Origin: an uncultured Verrucomicrobiae bacterium
Lineage (GTDB): Bacteria > Verrucomicrobiota > Verrucomicrobiia > Chthoniobacterales > UBA10450
NCBI GenBank assembly: GCA_963834385.1
Contig: CAWIBO010000003.1
Coordinates: forward strand, 224,001 to 288,000
Length of the DNA: 64,000 bases
Direction: 5' to 3'
This document shows positions 61,955-64,000 of this stretch, piece after piece. The notes beneath the pieces were generated by a model. The model saw nothing but the letters and a program-made list of their open reading frames with translations. It did not search any database and was not told the origin of the DNA. The translations under genes were made by a program, and so were the position numbers. Positions within the stretch are counted from its first letter, which is position 1, and every line of letters begins with the position of its first letter.

Positions 61955-63148
61955 ATGGGAATCGAAAAAGCAGTTCGCGATATCTACCAGAAACGCCCCT
62001 ACCCGGGGGTCAGCGGCAGCATGGTGCGCAAGCCCGAGTGGCACCTCGCACCGGTGGCCTGGATGAAGGCGGTCTGGCCGCCGCTGGCGCGCGCGCGCAA
62101 GATCCTGGTGGCCGGGTGCGGCAGCGGGAACGAGGCTTTCGCCATCCGGAGCAAGTTCCCCGATTGCGAGATCGTCGGCGCCGACTTCAGTCCGCGCCCG
62201 ATCGCGGTGGCGCGCCAGTTGCAGAAGAAGTATTCGAAGCGCAAGCCGATCCGGTTTGTCGTGGCCGACCTGACCAGCGCCGGCTTTGCCGATGCGGTCG
62301 GGACCGGCTTCGATTTCATTTCCTGCAACGGCGTCATCACCTACATCCCGCGGCCGGAGCGCGTCTTTCGAAACTTTGCCCGCGTTCTGAACGACGATGG
62401 GGCGGCTTATCTCGGGTTGAACGGTCGCCTGCATTTCAGTAGACGCTGGCGCGGCGAACTCGATTCCTTCGGCTTTGACCACCGAAAATTCGAGGACTCG
62501 GCGAAGCTGCGCGAGACCCTGCAGTTGCTGGGACGCCTCGATGCCGATCTCACCGGCGTGGCCGACGAGACGGCGCCGTACCTGGCCAGCGATCTTTTCG
62601 GTCCCCTTTTCCATAACCTGCCGCTGGGTGACTGGCTGAAGCCGATTCGCCGGGGGGGTCTTCACTTCGTTAACACCCACTCCGTCAGCCGGCGCCTGCG
62701 CATGGTCCTGAACCATCGGTCGCACCGGCTTCTCTTTCCCCGGTCGCCCGCCCAGGCATGTGAACTGATCGAGCGGCTGGACGAATCGTCCTTCCACAAG
62801 CTGATTGTTTCCCGGCGGCCGCCGCCATCGCCGCCCTGGGAAGAGCCGGACGATTTGCTGGATTGGCGACCGCGTCGGACCCCGCTCTTCACCCTCAAGC
62901 TGCCGAAACCGGGCCCGGACTGGCGGGCGCTCAGGCGTTTTGTCGCGAAGAGCCGGACGGCCAACGCGGTCGTGGAATGGAAGATTCCGCAATGGCAGAT
63001 CGAAATTTTACGGACCAGCAAAGGGAAACAATCGCTGCGCGAGATCATCCGCGAATTCCCGATCCGGCCGCCCAAGGCCGAGTTGCGGCGACAGCTCTAC
63101 ATCTTCTATCTGCTCTCGCTGCTGAACCTGGAGCGCCCGGCGAAATAG
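61955..63148 (+). CDS. Class I SAM-dependent methyltransferase
   Basis: YQKRPYP, ILVAGCGSG, GADFS, FDFISCNGV. Confidence 0.85.
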   Translation: MGIEKAVRDIYQKRPYPGVSGSMVRKPEWHLAPVAWMKAVWPPLARARKILVAGCGSGNEAFAIRSKFPDCEIVGADFSPRPIAVARQLQKKYSKRKPIRFVVADLTSAGFADAVGTGFDFISCNGVITYIPRPERVFRNFARVLNDDGAAYLGLNGRLHFSRRWRGELDSFGFDHRKFEDSAKLRETLQLLGRLDADLTGVADETAPYLASDLFGPLFHNLPLGDWLKPIRRGGLHFVNTHSVSRRLRMVLNHRSHRLLFPRSPAQACELIERLDESSFHKLIVSRRPPPSPPWEEPDDLLDWRPRRTPLFTLKLPKPGPDWRALRRFVAKSRTANAVVEWKIPQWQIEILRTSKGKQSLREIIREFPIRPPKAELRRQLYIFYLLSLLNLERPAK

Positions 63149-63155
63149 GCCGGGG

Positions 63156-64000
63156 TTACGGGGCGGGAGGAACCAGCCGCACGTATTTGTAGGGGTGATG
63201 ATCGAGAATGGTCGGGTGCCAATGCTGCACGCTGGGCCGGATCAGGAAGGCGTGGGTAAAGAAAAAGATCGGAAGGATCGGCGCCTCCTCCAGCAGGATG
63301 GCTTCCGCTTCCTGGAACGCGGCGTAGCGCGCGGCCTGGTCGGGCGCGGCCGCCGCCGCCGCAATCAACTCATCGTAGCGGGCGTTTGACCAGCCGGTGT
63401 GGTTGTTGCCGCCGCCGGTCACCCAGAGATCGAGAAAAGTTCGCGGATCGTTGTAATCGCCGATCCATGTCCAGCGGACGACGTCGTAGTTTTTCTGCCG
63501 GCGGGAATCGAAGTAAACCTTCTCCTCCTGGTTGACCAGGCGCGCTTCCACTCCGAGATGGGCCCGCCACATCTGCTGGATCGCCTCGGCCGTGAGCTTG
63601 TGGTTCTCCGAGGTGTTGAAAAGAATCTCGATCGGCGGCAGACCGCGTCCGCCCGGATAACCGGCCTCCGCCAAGAGCTGACGGGCCCGCGGCACATCCG
63701 ACGGCAGGGAGGCGCGCGCGGTGTAACCCGCGGTATCGGGCGGGGTGAAATGGTGGGCGGGCAGCTGGCCGCCGCGCCAGACTTTTTCGACGATGGCCTG
63801 CCGATCGATCGCCAGGCCGAGGGCGCGCCGGACCAGTTTTTCGCGCAGGACCGGGCGGGTCACGTTGACGCCGTAGAAGTAGGTGCCGAGATAGGGATCA
63901 ATGCGCAACAGCTCCGGGTTCTCGCGCCGGTAACGGTCAATGCGATTGACCGGGATCGTGTCGGTGAGATGCAACTGGCCGGCGCGAAAGGAGCGTTCCT
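63156..64000 (-). CDS. Peptide ABC transporter substrate-binding protein (OppA-like), C-terminal part; starts beyond window end
   Basis: VRRALGLAIDR, ARQLLAEAGY, AEAIQQMW, WIGDYNDP, EAEAILLEEAPILPI. Confidence 0.92.
   Translation of the reverse strand, partial: ERSFRAGQLHLTDTIPVNRIDRYRRENPELLRIDPYLGTYFYGVNVTRPVLREKLVRRALGLAIDRQAIVEKVWRGGQLPAHHFTPPDTAGYTARASLPSDVPRARQLLAEAGYPGGRGLPPIEILFNTSENHKLTAEAIQQMWRAHLGVEARLVNQEEKVYFDSRRQKNYDVVRWTWIGDYNDPRTFLDLWVTGGGNNHTGWSNARYDELIAAAAAAPDQAARYAAFQEAEAILLEEAPILPIFFFTHAFLIRPSVQHWHPTILDHHPYKYVRLVPPAP

Overview
High-GC bacterial chromosomal window, mostly housekeeping genes. Inferred to be Verrucomicrobiota, probably Chthoniobacterales/Spartobacteria-like, from gene content and a secreted protein with tandem 'NxSTRG' C-terminal domains. 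Contents in order: TetR-regulated RND efflux operon (partial), tilS, FAD/Rieske oxidoreductase, convergent gltX/glnS, aroE, proC, nadA, CHASE2-like protein, beta-CASP nuclease, xth, DCC1-LMF fusion, infA, yqjDEK-like trio, two pilT-family ATPases, an HNH nuclease, a nuoD-(EF fusion)-G-H-I-J-K-L-M-N operon lacking nuoABC, fabD, yqeY, ispD, GT9, metallophosphoesterase, a PilGHI/Xap-like ABC triad, acylphosphatase, eno, ftsB-like, prfB with its programmed +1 frameshift, a matrixin protease, sprT-like, iscS-like, cysE, GT39, glgB, a pilin-like protein, xseA, ruvB, RsbW-like, purH, a methyltransferase and a partial OppA-like protein. I found no tRNA, rRNA or CRISPR array. The most notable signal is absent from the ORF track: nuo intergenic junctions carry inserts bounded by inverted repeats built from short tandem repeats. 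One (30595-31064, 27/30-nt terminal IR, 8-nt period) encloses a heavily frameshifted GxxExxY/PD-(D/E)xK nuclease-like gene. A second (27628-27758, 7-nt period) is gene-less, and a third (27023-27089) looks decayed. Together they suggest a poorly described family of operon-intervening mobile or RNA-level elements. Single-base insertions in glnS, pilT and xseA are probably sequencing errors.
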